64,000 nt of DNA, taken from positions 2,336,001-2,400,000 of the forward strand of contig OY762911.1 of the NCBI GenBank assembly GCA_963666565.1. The letters run 5' to 3'. Made by a program: the position numbers and the translations under genes. The DNA comes from Thermoanaerobaculia bacterium. GTDB lineage: Bacteria > Acidobacteriota > Thermoanaerobaculia > Multivoradales > Multivoraceae. Positions 25,562 to 35,697 of the stretch are shown here, piece by piece. Every line of letters begins with the position of its first letter. Position 1 is the first letter of the stretch. Below the pieces are notes generated by a model. That model made no database searches and was not told the DNA's origin. It was given only the letters and a program-made list of their open reading frames with translations.

Positions 25562-28024
25562 TCAGTTTCCGTCTGGAGGTGGAGTCTCCGCCGCGGCGAG
25601 ACCCTGCTCTCGCGTGGCCTGCTGATCTTCGGCGTAGAGCTCCCTGTAGCGCTCCATGTGGACCGCGGCCTCGTCGTTTCGCCCGAGGCGTTGCAGCACT
25701 TGGGCGAGGCCGTAGATCGCTTCGCTGTGATCGGGCGCGGCGGCGACGGCTTGGCGGTAGGCCTCTTCGGCCTTCGCGAGGCGGGACTGCTCGTCCGCCG
25801 TTCCCGCGGCGTCGCCGGCCGCGCCGTCCCAGGCGCGGGCCAGGTCGATCAGCAGCGCGGCGTCCGGCTCGGACAGCGCCGCGTCCGGTTCGGGCGGCGA
25901 CGCGTCCGGTTCAGGCGACGCGGCATCAGGCCCGGGCAGCGCCGCCGCGCGTTCCAGGGACTCCGCCGCCGCGAGGTGTTCGCCGCGCCAGAGCAGCAGG
26001 CCGCCGAGCATCCGGTGCGCCGCCGCCGAGGACGGTTCGAGCGCGACGGCCTCGCGGGCGTGCAGTTCGGCCTCCGCCGGCTTGTTGTTCTCCCACAGCG
26101 CCGAGGCCAGGTCGATGCGGAGGCTGGCGTCCTCCGGGTCGAGCAGGACCGCGCGGTCCAGGGGCGCCTCGGCGGCGCGGAAGTCCCGGTTTCGCAGGAG
26201 TTCGCGCCCCAACTCCGCCGGCGGCAGTTCATCGCTCCGGCCGCCGCCCGCCGCTCCGGCCGCGCGCAGCCGGTCGAGATGGCCCTGGGCCACCGCGTCG
26301 CCCGGCCGCAGTTCCAGCAACCGTCGCAGCAGTCCGGAGGCTTCGCCGTTCCGGCCGTCGCTCATCAGCAGGACGGCGTAGTCCTGCAGCGTTGCCGTAT
26401 GGGTCGGCTGGGCCGCCAGCGCCTGGCGGAACATCTCCTCGGACTCGGACGTCCGTTCGAGCGACATGAGCACCGCGCCCCGCTGATAGAGGCCGTCGGC
26501 CCGCCCGGGCGCGGCGGCGAGCGCCCGGTCGGCGGCCGCCAGCGCCTCTTCGTTCCGGCCCGCGTCGAGCAGGATCGACGACGCGGCGTACGCGGGCCGC
26601 GGGTCGGCGGAGGCCAGCCGCGCCTCGCGGGCCAGGACGCTCAGCGCCTCCTCGATCTCGCCGCCGGCGGCGAGTTCCAGCGCGCCGCGCACCTCGCGGC
26701 CCGTCGGATCCGCGATGTCCTGCCGCCGCCGGTTGACGGACGCCACTTCGTCGGTCGCGTCGCGGGACAGTTCCTGGAATCGCTCCAGGACCTCGCGCGC
26801 CTCTTCCCGTTCGCCACTGGCGGCGAGGGCCTGCCCGAGCGCCTGGTAGGCGTCCGCCTTGCCGGCGTCGAGTTCGGTGGCCAGGCGCAGGAAGGGCACC
26901 GCGCGCGCCGCCTCGCCGGACGAATGGAGGTAGCGGCCGTACTCGAGGACGATGTCGCGCGCCACCGGCGGCGGGTTCTCCGGCGCCGGATTCTCGGGCA
27001 GCGGCTCGGCGTACGGCGCGAGGGTCGCGATCGCCTCGTCGAGCCGGCCGGCCTGGAAGTACGCGCTCGCCAGCAGCACGGCGTCCTCGGGTCCGGCGCC
27101 TTCGAGCGACTCCATCTGTTCCAGGGCGCCCTCGGCCTCGCCGACGACGAGGTAGGCGCGGGCGAGGGTGCGGCGGATGCCGCCGCCGATGTCCGGCGCC
27201 GGGTCGGCGGCGAGGTCGCGGAGCTCGCCGATCGCGCCCCAGGGGTCCGCCTGCTGGAGCAGGACCTGGGCGCGCAGCATCTTGACGCCGGGGTCGTCGG
27301 CCGGGAGCCCTTCGAGCAGGGCCTCGGCCTCGGGCGCTCGCTCCAGGGCGATGGCGCCGGCCGCGGCGGCCGCCCGGGCCTCCAGGTCGCCGGGGTTCGA
27401 GGCGGTCCAGGGTTGCAGGAAGGCGTAGGCCTCGGCGGGGTGGCCGTAGCGCCCGAGCATCATGCCGAGCGCGCGCAGGGCCGGCGAGTACGGCTGGACG
27501 CCGAGCGATCGCCGGTAGTACTCGCCCGCGTCCTGGACGCGGCCCGCCGCCTCGGCCGCGCGGCCGGCGTTGTAGAGCACGCCGGCGTCCGCCGGTTCGC
27601 GCTCGGTCAGCGGGGCGAGGATCTCCGTCGCCTGATCGAAGGCCCCCGCCTCGACGTGGAGGCTGCCGAGCAGGGCGCAGGCGGCGTCGCGGTCGCCGGC
27701 GCCGCCGCCGGCTTCGGCTTCGGAACCGGCGCAGAGCGTCTCGGCGGCGGCGATGGCGCCCTGGAGGTCGCCGGCGTTGGCCAGGGCAAGCGCCTCGGCG
27801 ATGCCGGCGCCCGCGCCCGGAGCGGCGTCGCCCGGTTGCTGGGCGGGCGCCGGCGCCGCCGCCGCGTCGAGGGGCGCGGCGAGTACGGCCGCGGTCAGAA
27901 TCGCGGCCCCGAGGGCCGCGGAGCGTCTGGCGGCGCCGCGGTTGCGGGTCGACGCGGCGCCGTCGCGGGCTTGAACGCGGCCTCGATCCGCTTCGTCGCG
28001 GCCGCGCCGGGGATTCCGACTCAT
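25562..28024 (-). CDS. Exported multi-TPR protein
   Basis: Signal-like segment and many TPR helices; TAGCAT 7 nt upstream of the ATG. Confidence 0.8.
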   Translation of the reverse strand: MSRNPRRGRDEADRGRVQARDGAASTRNRGAARRSAALGAAILTAAVLAAPLDAAAAPAPAQQPGDAAPGAGAGIAEALALANAGDLQGAIAAAETLCAGSEAEAGGGAGDRDAACALLGSLHVEAGAFDQATEILAPLTEREPADAGVLYNAGRAAEAAGRVQDAGEYYRRSLGVQPYSPALRALGMMLGRYGHPAEAYAFLQPWTASNPGDLEARAAAAAGAIALERAPEAEALLEGLPADDPGVKMLRAQVLLQQADPWGAIGELRDLAADPAPDIGGGIRRTLARAYLVVGEAEGALEQMESLEGAGPEDAVLLASAYFQAGRLDEAIATLAPYAEPLPENPAPENPPPVARDIVLEYGRYLHSSGEAARAVPFLRLATELDAGKADAYQALGQALAASGEREEAREVLERFQELSRDATDEVASVNRRRQDIADPTGREVRGALELAAGGEIEEALSVLAREARLASADPRPAYAASSILLDAGRNEEALAAADRALAAAPGRADGLYQRGAVLMSLERTSESEEMFRQALAAQPTHTATLQDYAVLLMSDGRNGEASGLLRRLLELRPGDAVAQGHLDRLRAAGAAGGGRSDELPPAELGRELLRNRDFRAAEAPLDRAVLLDPEDASLRIDLASALWENNKPAEAELHAREAVALEPSSAAAHRMLGGLLLWRGEHLAAAESLERAAALPGPDAASPEPDASPPEPDAALSEPDAALLIDLARAWDGAAGDAAGTADEQSRLAKAEEAYRQAVAAAPDHSEAIYGLAQVLQRLGRNDEAAVHMERYRELYAEDQQATREQGLAAAETPPPDGN

Positions 28025-28034
28025 GGCGGCGATG

Positions 28035-29996
28035 CTATCGCCGCAGGAGCGCCCGCCTGCCGGACGGCAGGTCCAGCAGCACGAGCGGGCGTTGGCCCGA
28101 CGGCGGACGGACGACGACCCGGTCGATGCGCTCCTCTTCGCCGAGTCCGAAGAAGGCCGCGAGCGCGCTCTGCGAGAGGTAGGACGAACCGGCTCGCGTT
28201 TCGCGCACCTGCGTCGTCTCCCCGGCGGCGAGCTCGAGGCGGACGCCCGGAGTCGCGGCGCCGCCCGTACCGTCGCCGGCGTTCGCGCTGCCGCCGGAGG
28301 GGCTCGCGGCTTCTGTGGCGCTTGAACTGCCGGCGACGAACGTCAGGGCGAACCAGGCGCCGGAAGCGCGGTTCTCGTACGCCTCGGCGACCTGGTTCGA
28401 GTTGACCGCGATCAGGTCCAGGTCGCCGTCCAGGTCGAAGTCGGCGACCGCCGAGCCGCGGCTCGTGCGCACCTCGTCGAGGCCCGCGTCGGTCCGTTCC
28501 CGGAATCGTCCGCCGCCCAGGTTCTCGAACAACTGGTTCGGCTGCTCGTAGGCGCCGACCTCGCCGATGCTGGCCGCCCGCGGCTGGATGTGGCCGTTGG
28601 CGACGAAGATGTCGAGGTCGCCGTCGAGGTCGGCGTCGAACGCGTTCACGCCGAAGGCGAGTCGCTGGAGGGACGGCTGGGCGAGGCCGGCGGGGAAGCG
28701 CCGGTCGAGGAACACGCCGCCGCCGGCGTTGCGGTAGAAGGCGTTCGTCTCGAGCGCGAAGTTCGTGACGACGAGGTCCTGGCGGCCGTCGCCATCGAGG
28801 TCGGCCAGCTCGACGCCCATGCCGGCCTCGGCGGCGCCGCTCCGGTCGAAGGCCGCGCCGGAGAGCAGGGACTCGTCCTCGAACCGGCCGCCGCCGAGGC
28901 TGCGGAAAAGCAGGTTCGGGTCCTTGTCGTTGGCCACGTAGATGTCGGGCCAGCGGTCGCCGTCGAGGTCGCCGACGACGACGCCGAGGCCGGCTTCGGC
29001 CGGGCCGTCCAGGCCGCTGGCGGCGGTGGCGTCGGTGAAGAAACCGCTGCCGTCGTTGAGGTACAGCCGGTCCGTGACGCCGTTGTACATGTCCGGGTGG
29101 CAGTAGCCGCGTTCGCTGGAGTCGCCGGAGTCGCCGGAGTCGCCGGAGTCGCCGGAGTCGCGGGTGCCGCCGTCGCTGCTTCCGCTCAGGCCGCAGGGCT
29201 TGTGGTTCGCGATCGAGAAGTCCGTGTAGTTGGTCACGTACAGGTCGAGGTCGCCGTCGAGGTCGAGATCGGCGAAGGCGGCCGAGGCGCTCCAGCGCGG
29301 GTCGGCGACGCCGCGCTCGGCGCCGGCGGAGCGGAAGCTGCCGTCGCCGAGGTTCAGGAAGAGCTCGTTGCGCCCGAACGCGGTGACGTAGAGGTCCAGG
29401 TCGCCGTCGTTGTCGACATCGCCCGCCGCGCCGCCGATGCCGTAGCCGTGGAAATCCATGCCGGCCGCGTCCGTCACGTCGACGAAGCGCGCGGGGCTGT
29501 CGCCGGCGCCGATGCCGTCGCTGTCGCTGTTGCCGCCGCTGTGGCCGGCGTCGTTGCGCAGCAGTCGGGAGCGGGGAACTGGCCCTTCATAGCCCGGCAG
29601 GGCGCCGCCGTCGATGAAGAAGGCATCCTCGTCGCCGTCGCGGTCGTAGTCGAAGAGGACGACGCCGCCGCCCATCGTCTCGACCATGTAGTGCCGGCCC
29701 GTGAAGCCGGCGTTGTGGCGGAAGTCGAGGCCCCAGTCGGCGGCCACTTCCCGGAAGGCGATCTCGCCGGCGGCGGCGCCGAGCGGCAGCGGCGAGCCGA
29801 GCAACGCCAGGCACGCCACGGCGGCAAGCGCGGCATGCCGGTCAGCGTGGACGAGGCGCTGGCGGCGCCTACGCGAACGCGCCGCCTCCCCGCTCGGCCT
29901 GGGACGCTGTCCGCGCGTGGGCAGCGCGGACTCCGGGCATGGCCCGATCACCTCGATCGACCTGAGGTGCCGCCCGCTCACGGCACGCGCGGTCAA
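28035..29996 (-). CDS. CRTAC1-family FG-GAP/ASPIC-UnbV protein
   Basis: Repeated DxDxDGDxD motifs, SRGSAVADFDLDGDLD, GSSYLSQS; TTG start at a TTGA overlap. Confidence 0.85.
   Translation of the reverse strand: MTARAVSGRHLRSIEVIGPCPESALPTRGQRPRPSGEAARSRRRRQRLVHADRHAALAAVACLALLGSPLPLGAAAGEIAFREVAADWGLDFRHNAGFTGRHYMVETMGGGVVLFDYDRDGDEDAFFIDGGALPGYEGPVPRSRLLRNDAGHSGGNSDSDGIGAGDSPARFVDVTDAAGMDFHGYGIGGAAGDVDNDGDLDLYVTAFGRNELFLNLGDGSFRSAGAERGVADPRWSASAAFADLDLDGDLDLYVTNYTDFSIANHKPCGLSGSSDGGTRDSGDSGDSGDSGDSSERGYCHPDMYNGVTDRLYLNDGSGFFTDATAASGLDGPAEAGLGVVVGDLDGDRWPDIYVANDKDPNLLFRSLGGGRFEDESLLSGAAFDRSGAAEAGMGVELADLDGDGRQDLVVTNFALETNAFYRNAGGGVFLDRRFPAGLAQPSLQRLAFGVNAFDADLDGDLDIFVANGHIQPRAASIGEVGAYEQPNQLFENLGGGRFRERTDAGLDEVRTSRGSAVADFDLDGDLDLIAVNSNQVAEAYENRASGAWFALTFVAGSSSATEAASPSGGSANAGDGTGGAATPGVRLELAAGETTQVRETRAGSSYLSQSALAAFFGLGEEERIDRVVVRPPSGQRPLVLLDLPSGRRALLRR
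29118..29161. repeat. 9-bp in-frame tandem repeat (GGAGTCGCC x ~5) encoding (DSG)n
   Basis: Directly visible perfect tandem repeat. Confidence 0.9.
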
Positions 29997-31702
29997 CGGA
30001 CCACCCGCAGGCGGTGGCCCGGCGGCAGTTCCGGAAGCCGCAGTCGTCCCTCTCGCGGCCAAGCGATCCGGATCTCCACCGCGCGCGTGGTCTCGGCACC
30101 GCCGGCTTCGCTCGCGGCAGTGGCTTCGGCCGCCGCGCCGGGATCCGCCGGCGCGCCGAAGGTCTGCGTCAGCGAGTTCTGGGACAGGTAGGACGATCCC
30201 GCCCGCACCTCCCGACGCTGGACTCCGGCGCCCGCGCGAAGCTCGATCACCGCGCCGATCGCTCGCGCGTTCGCCGCGCCTCGGTCGACGAGGTCGACCT
30301 GGACCGCGTGGCCTTTCCGCGCGCTCTCGTTCCGGTAGACCTCGGCCCGGTCGTTGCAGTTCGAGATGACCAGGTCCAGGTCGCCATCGAGGTCGAAGTC
30401 GGCCGTGGCCAGCCCGCGGCTCACGCGGACGGCGCCGATGCCGCTGTCCTCCACTTCGGCGAACCGGCCGCCCACGTTCTCCAGGAGCTGGTTCGGTTGC
30501 GCGTAGGCGGCGCCGGCGAAGCCCGCGTGTTCCGAGATGTTGTGGATCACGTGGCCGTTGGCGACGGCGAGGTCGAGGTCGCCGTCGAGGTCGAAGTCGG
30601 CCAGGTCGGCGCCGAAGCCGACCCACGGCATGGAGGGCTCGGCAATGCCGGCGACGAAGCGGCGTTCCAGGAAGAGGCCGTCGCCGCGGTTCGAGTACAG
30701 GGCGTTCGTCTGCCGGTCGAGGTGGGTGACGATCAGGTCCTCCAGGCCGTTGCCGTCCACGTCGCCGACCGCGATGCCCATGCCCGCCTCCGCTTCGCCG
30801 CGGTCCGAGAGGGCGGTGCCGGCGAGCAGGGCGTCGTCCTCGAAGCGCGGACCGCCATCGGCGCCCCGGTTGAGGAAGTGGAGGTTCGGATCCATGTCGT
30901 TCGCGACGTAGATGTCCGGCCGGCGGTCGCCGTCGAAGTCCGTGATGACGACGCCGAGGCCGGCGTGGCGCGGACCGGCGAGACCCGTCTCGGCGGCGGC
31001 CTCGACGAAGACGGGGGTTCCCTCGGGGCCGAGGTCGTTGCGATGGAAGCGGTCCGGAAGGCCGTCGTAGGCGTCCGGGTGGCAGTAGGAGCGCGGACCC
31101 GGCGGCGGGTCGCCGCAGCGCACGTTGTTGTCGTAGCCGAAGTCGACGTAGTTCGCCACGTACAAGTCGAGGTCGCCGTCCAGGTCGACGTCGCCGAAGG
31201 CCGCGGAGGCGCTCCAGGAGGGGTCGGCGGCGCCGGCGGCGGCCGGCGCGGGGACGAAGGCGCCGTCGCCGCGGTTGAGCCACAGGCGGTTCGGGCCGAA
31301 GGCGGTCAGGTAGAGGTCCGGGTCGCCGTCGCCGTCCACGTCGCCGGTGACGGCGCCCATGCCGTAGCTGTCGAGCCGGATGCCGGAGGCCCCGGTGACG
31401 TCGACGAACCGGCCGCCGTCGTTCCGCAGCAGGGTCGTGCGGCCGGGCGCGCCGCCGTGGGGCGCGGGCTCGCCGCTGTCGACGAACAGCAGGTCGTCGT
31501 CGCCGTCGCCGTCGTAGTCGAACGCGACGACGCCGCTGCCGACGGTCTCGATCATGTAGTACTCGCCGCGGCCGCCATGGCGGTGCCGGAAATCGACGCC
31601 CCAGTCTTCTGCCGCGTCGACGAACCGGAGTCCGCCCGCCGCCTGGGCGGGGGCGGCGAGCGCCAGCGCGGCGGCGAGCGCCGGGATCAGGGCGAGAACC
31701 AC
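29993..31702 (-). CDS. CRTAC1-family FG-GAP/ASPIC-UnbV protein
   Basis: Signal peptide, DxDGDGDxD repeats, EAGMG, SRGLATADFD, GSSYLSQN. Confidence 0.88.
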   Translation of the reverse strand: MVLALIPALAAALALAAPAQAAGGLRFVDAAEDWGVDFRHRHGGRGEYYMIETVGSGVVAFDYDGDGDDDLLFVDSGEPAPHGGAPGRTTLLRNDGGRFVDVTGASGIRLDSYGMGAVTGDVDGDGDPDLYLTAFGPNRLWLNRGDGAFVPAPAAAGAADPSWSASAAFGDVDLDGDLDLYVANYVDFGYDNNVRCGDPPPGPRSYCHPDAYDGLPDRFHRNDLGPEGTPVFVEAAAETGLAGPRHAGLGVVITDFDGDRRPDIYVANDMDPNLHFLNRGADGGPRFEDDALLAGTALSDRGEAEAGMGIAVGDVDGNGLEDLIVTHLDRQTNALYSNRGDGLFLERRFVAGIAEPSMPWVGFGADLADFDLDGDLDLAVANGHVIHNISEHAGFAGAAYAQPNQLLENVGGRFAEVEDSGIGAVRVSRGLATADFDLDGDLDLVISNCNDRAEVYRNESARKGHAVQVDLVDRGAANARAIGAVIELRAGAGVQRREVRAGSSYLSQNSLTQTFGAPADPGAAAEATAASEAGGAETTRAVEIRIAWPREGRLRLPELPPGHRLRVVR

Positions 31703-33810
31703 GGCTCGCGGGCGGGTTCGCCGTTCAGGTAGGCGGCGAGGCGCCGGGACTGGCCCGCGGTCGGCGTGCCGCCGCGCCGCCCGACCTCGTCCAGCACCTG
31801 CCTCTGCATGGCCGCCGCGCCCTCGAAGTCGCCGGTCTCGGCCAGCGCCATGGCGACGGTTTCCGCGTGCTCCAGCGTTGGCCGTTCCGACATCAGGCGT
31901 TCGGCGATGGCGAGCGCTTCGGGGCCGTTGCGCACGCTCGGATCGGGGCTCGCGGCCAGCAGGCGCGCCAGCAGGGTGTCCAGGTGGTCGGCGGCCGCGC
32001 CTGGAGGACCGCCCGCGCCGGCCAGCGAGCGGCGGGCGCTGGCCAGTCCGCCGCGGGCCGCGGCGTAGCGCTTGCCGAGGATGAGAGCCATCGCCCGGTC
32101 CCGGTGCCAGCCGGCGTTGGCCGGGTCGCGGGCGAGGGCGCGGCCGAAGCGGCTGGCGGCCTCCGCGTACCGTTCGTCCCGCGCCAGCAGCCGGCCCAGG
32201 AAGGCGTGGGCCTCGGCCAGGTCGGGGTCGAGTTCGATCGCGCGCCGGAGATGCTCGACGGCCTCGCCGCCAGGAGCGCCGCCGCCGGGAGGGCCGTCGC
32301 CGCTCGCCCCGCCGCCGGGGGAGGCGTCACTGGTCGGGAAACCTGCGCCGCTCGCCGCGCCGTCGGTCGGGGATCCTGGCGTCAGGTTCGTCTGGGCGAG
32401 CACCGCCAGCCGGTAGTGCGCCTCGGCGCGTTCGCCGGGCGCGCCGGGCGCGGCCTCGAGGACCTTGCCGAGGGCGGCGCGGGCCGGCCCGACGGCGCCG
32501 GCGGCCTGATGGGCGGCGCCGAGGGCGAGCTGGGCCAGGGGCAGCGCCGCGTCGCTTGCCACGACGTCGCCGAGGAGCGCGACCGCCTCCTCCGGCCGCT
32601 CGATCCGCGTGAGGATGTCGGCGTGCCGCACTCTCGCCTCGATGTCCTCGGGGTCGATCTCGGCCGCCCGGCGGAAGTGCCGTTCCGCTCCTTCCAGATC
32701 GCCGCGTTCCGCCAGGATGAGCGCGAGGTTGTACTGGGGGTCGCGGTAGTTGTCGTTGATCGCGATGGACTCCCGCAGCCGGGCCTCCGCCTGTTCCTTC
32801 TCGTCGAGCTCGATCAGGGCCATCGCGACGTTGAAGATGGTCAGCGGGTCGTCCGGGAGGGCCGCCAGGGCTTCGAGGAACGCCGCCAGCGCGGCCCGCG
32901 GATGGCCCTGCCGCATCGCCGCCGTGCCGCGCTTGATGTGGGCCTCGCGGCTCACGTTCAGTCGCTGCAGGTCGGTGAAGAGCGGGTCGGGAAAGGTCAC
33001 GGTGAGCTGTTCGTTCAGCGCGAGTTGGGCGGCGGCGTCCTCGCGGCGGTCCAGGCGGCGAAGCGCTAGGCCGAGGTGGTGGTGCACCACGGATCCCTTC
33101 GGCTGGCCGGCCAGGGCGGCCTGGAAGAGACCCGCCGCCGACTCGTAGTCGCGCCGCTCGAAGGCGACGCGTCCCAGCCCGAGCCGGGCGGCCGACGAGT
33201 AGGCCGGGTCGCTTCCCAGCAGCCGGCGGTAGTCGGCGGCCGCTTCGTCGAGCAGCCCGAGCTCGAGGCGGATGTCGGCCCGGTGGGTCAGGGCGGCGAG
33301 GTCGGCCGGCCTGAGCGCCACGACCCGGTCGAGCGCCGAGACGGCCTCTTCGAGCGCGCCTTCGTACCGGTGGTGGATCGCCAGGTAGTAGGCCCAGCGC
33401 GGGTCGTCCGGCGCGAGCGCCTGGGCGTTGCGGAGCGCGGCCGCCGCGGGGGCCATGAAGTCGTAGAGCAGGTAGAGCTGGCCGAGCTGGCCGAACAGCG
33501 CGGCGAGGCGGGCCGGGTCCGTCCCGGGTTCGGCCAGGGCGCGGTCGAGCGCGCCCTGCGCGGCGGCCATCTGCGTCTGGGCGGCCGTCTCGTAGTGGTC
33601 CATCCGGGGCGGTTCGACCGGTTCCAGGGCGACCTGCGCCTGCGCCGTGACGACCGCCAAAAGAAGCAGCAGGGTTGCAACCGGAGCTGATCGCCTGCCT
33701 GCCTGGAGCCAGCCTGACGGCCGGCGCGCCTTTCTGGCCGCCTTCGGCGGCAGCGGGTCAGAAGACCCGCGCACCGACAGGCGGACAGTTCCTGGCGTCT
33801 CGCAGGTCAT
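31687..33810 (-). CDS. Exported multi-TPR protein
   Basis: ATGA overlap with the upstream gene; hydrophobic TLLLLLAVVTAQA; TPRs; C-terminal LARLLAASPD..VRNG.EAL. Confidence 0.8.
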   Translation of the reverse strand: MTCETPGTVRLSVRGSSDPLPPKAARKARRPSGWLQAGRRSAPVATLLLLLAVVTAQAQVALEPVEPPRMDHYETAAQTQMAAAQGALDRALAEPGTDPARLAALFGQLGQLYLLYDFMAPAAAALRNAQALAPDDPRWAYYLAIHHRYEGALEEAVSALDRVVALRPADLAALTHRADIRLELGLLDEAAADYRRLLGSDPAYSSAARLGLGRVAFERRDYESAAGLFQAALAGQPKGSVVHHHLGLALRRLDRREDAAAQLALNEQLTVTFPDPLFTDLQRLNVSREAHIKRGTAAMRQGHPRAALAAFLEALAALPDDPLTIFNVAMALIELDEKEQAEARLRESIAINDNYRDPQYNLALILAERGDLEGAERHFRRAAEIDPEDIEARVRHADILTRIERPEEAVALLGDVVASDAALPLAQLALGAAHQAAGAVGPARAALGKVLEAAPGAPGERAEAHYRLAVLAQTNLTPGSPTDGAASGAGFPTSDASPGGGASGDGPPGGGAPGGEAVEHLRRAIELDPDLAEAHAFLGRLLARDERYAEAASRFGRALARDPANAGWHRDRAMALILGKRYAAARGGLASARRSLAGAGGPPGAAADHLDTLLARLLAASPDPSVRNGPEALAIAERLMSERPTLEHAETVAMALAETGDFEGAAAMQRQVLDEVGRRGGTPTAGQSRRLAAYLNGEPAREPWFSP
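33703..33775. repeat. REP core plus arm within the 5' end of the TPR gene
   Basis: Reverse core 33753-33775 with GCCGCCTTCGGCGGC arm; translates as [22 protein letters not shown]. Confidence 0.85.
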
Positions 33811-35693
33811 GGCGCCGGGGGCCGTGCCGGCGCGGGCTGGCCGCTGCCGCGCAGGAGCGTGAAGTAGCGGCCGCGGCCCGGCAGCCGGAACGTCTCCCGC
33901 TCGCCGTCGGGCCAGGCGACGACGACGGCGGGCGGCCCGTCTTCGGCCGGGAACGCGATCCGCGGGTCGTTCGCGGCGGCGTAGGAACCGTCCGTGTGGA
34001 AGCGGCGCCAGCCGCGGACGGCCCCGTCGCCGCTCTTCGCGCCGACCCAGGCGCCGAGGGCGCGCCGCCCGGGCGCCGCCGCGTCTTCGCCGGGCAGCCG
34101 CAGGTCGACGCCGGCCCACTCCTCCGGCGCCGGCTCGCCCTCGTTCAGCAGGATGCGGACCGGCCCGTTGTTGTTCGCGATGACCAGGTCCCGGTCGCCG
34201 TCGTTGTCGAGATCGCCCGCCGCGAGCGCCCGGCTGACCTCGGCGACCGCGGGACTCCCGAACTCGGGAACCTCGGCGAAGCGGCCCTCGCCAAGGCCCC
34301 GGAACAACTGGTTCTTCTGGCGCAGGGGCAGCGGTTCGCCCGCCCGGAACTGCTCGTCGATTCGCTTGACCGCGCCGTTCGCCACCGCGATGTCGAGTTC
34401 GCCGTCCCGGTCGTAGTCGAGTACCGCCGTGCCGAAGCCCGTGTAGAGGAAGCTCGGTCGCCCCAGGCCGCTGGAGCGCGTGGCGTCGTCCCAGAGACCG
34501 TCGCCGAGGTTCACGTAGAGCGTGTTCGTCTCGCGGTGGAGATGGGTCATGAACAGGTCGACCAGTCCGTCGCCGTTCAGGTCCTCCGCCAGCACGCCCA
34601 TGCTCGCCTGGGGCTGGCCCGCGGCATCGACCGCGGCGCCGGCGAGCGCGGCGTCGTCGATGAAGCCGGTGCCGGCCCGGTTCAGCAGCAGCGCGTTGGC
34701 GTGCTGGTCGTTCGCGACGTAGATGTCGAGCAGGCCGTCGCCGTCGAAGTCGGCGGCGACGGTTCCCAGCGTCGGCCGCTTCAGGTCCGCGAGGCCGAGC
34801 CGGGCCGTCCAGTCCTCGAAGACGCCGCCGCCCAGGTTCCTGAGCATCCGGTTCGCCTCCGCCTGGTAGGCCTTCGGGCCGCAGTAGTCGAGCACGCCCT
34901 CCGCCGAGGCGCACTGCTTGTGGATGGCCACGCGAAACTCGACGTAGTTGCCGACGAACAGGTCGAGCAGTCCGTCGCCGTCGAAGTCGAGGAAGCTCGC
35001 GGCGGCGCTCCAGCGGGGATCGGCCGCGTTGCTGCCGGCGCCGATGTCGGTGAAGCGGATGGCGCCGGGTTTCGAGTCGTTGCGCCAGAGCTGGTTCGCG
35101 CCCAGGTTCAGGATGTAGAGGTCCGGGTCGCCGTCGTTGTCGATGTCGCCGGCGGCCGCGCCCATCGCGTAGCCGCGCGCGTCCAGGCCGCTCTCCCCGG
35201 TGACGTCGGTGAAGCGGAACTCGCCGGCATCGAGGTCGTTGCGGAAGAGGCGGTCCCGTACGACCGGCCCCGCGCCGCTCGCGGCGCCCTCGCCAGGCGG
35301 TGCCAGGAGATGTCCCTGCCCGAGATACAGGTCGAGGTCGCCGTCGCCGTCGAAGTCCGCCAGGGCGACGCCGCTGCCCATGTGCTCCGCGAAGTACAGC
35401 GCGCCGGTCATGCCGTTGAAGTGGGTGAAGTCGACGCCGAGTTCCGCCGCGCGGTCGACGAAGACGGGCTGGGAGTCGTCGGCCCGGGCGAGGCCGGCGG
35501 CCCCCGCAAGCGCCGCAGTCGCCGCGGCGGTCGCGAGCGCCAGGGAGCGGGAGATGGCGCCGCTTCCCGCGAGGCGAACCCGGCCGGCCTCGATCCGGTG
35601 CGAACGCGGGTGGGTCGCGGTCCGCAGAGGCTCGGCCACGGAACTCCCCGGCGGGCCGTCTTCGTCGCGCGAAAGCCTGTCGACGAGCGCCAT
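33807..35693 (-). CDS. CRTAC1-family FG-GAP/ASPIC-UnbV protein
   Basis: DFDGDGDLD repeats, QASMG, SRALAAGDLDNDGD, GSYAAAND. Confidence 0.88.
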   Translation of the reverse strand: MALVDRLSRDEDGPPGSSVAEPLRTATHPRSHRIEAGRVRLAGSGAISRSLALATAAATAALAGAAGLARADDSQPVFVDRAAELGVDFTHFNGMTGALYFAEHMGSGVALADFDGDGDLDLYLGQGHLLAPPGEGAASGAGPVVRDRLFRNDLDAGEFRFTDVTGESGLDARGYAMGAAAGDIDNDGDPDLYILNLGANQLWRNDSKPGAIRFTDIGAGSNAADPRWSAAASFLDFDGDGLLDLFVGNYVEFRVAIHKQCASAEGVLDYCGPKAYQAEANRMLRNLGGGVFEDWTARLGLADLKRPTLGTVAADFDGDGLLDIYVANDQHANALLLNRAGTGFIDDAALAGAAVDAAGQPQASMGVLAEDLNGDGLVDLFMTHLHRETNTLYVNLGDGLWDDATRSSGLGRPSFLYTGFGTAVLDYDRDGELDIAVANGAVKRIDEQFRAGEPLPLRQKNQLFRGLGEGRFAEVPEFGSPAVAEVSRALAAGDLDNDGDRDLVIANNNGPVRILLNEGEPAPEEWAGVDLRLPGEDAAAPGRRALGAWVGAKSGDGAVRGWRRFHTDGSYAAANDPRIAFPAEDGPPAVVVAWPDGERETFRLPGRGRYFTLLRGSGQPAPARPPAP

Positions 35694-35697
35694 GCCG

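Noticed and set aside
24044-28405. 1453-aa ORF and other long Arg/Ala/Gly-rich ORFs (8..2089, 40901..45223, 54918..57800, 57955..60681)
   Set aside because: Shadow ORFs of high-GC DNA that overlap motif-supported genes and have no recognisable domains.
29997-31283. Fusion of adjacent CRTAC1/TPR genes implied by the 1082-aa and 1075-aa ORFs
   Set aside because: The upstream portions are alternative-frame read-through; the real starts are at NTGA overlaps followed by signal peptides.
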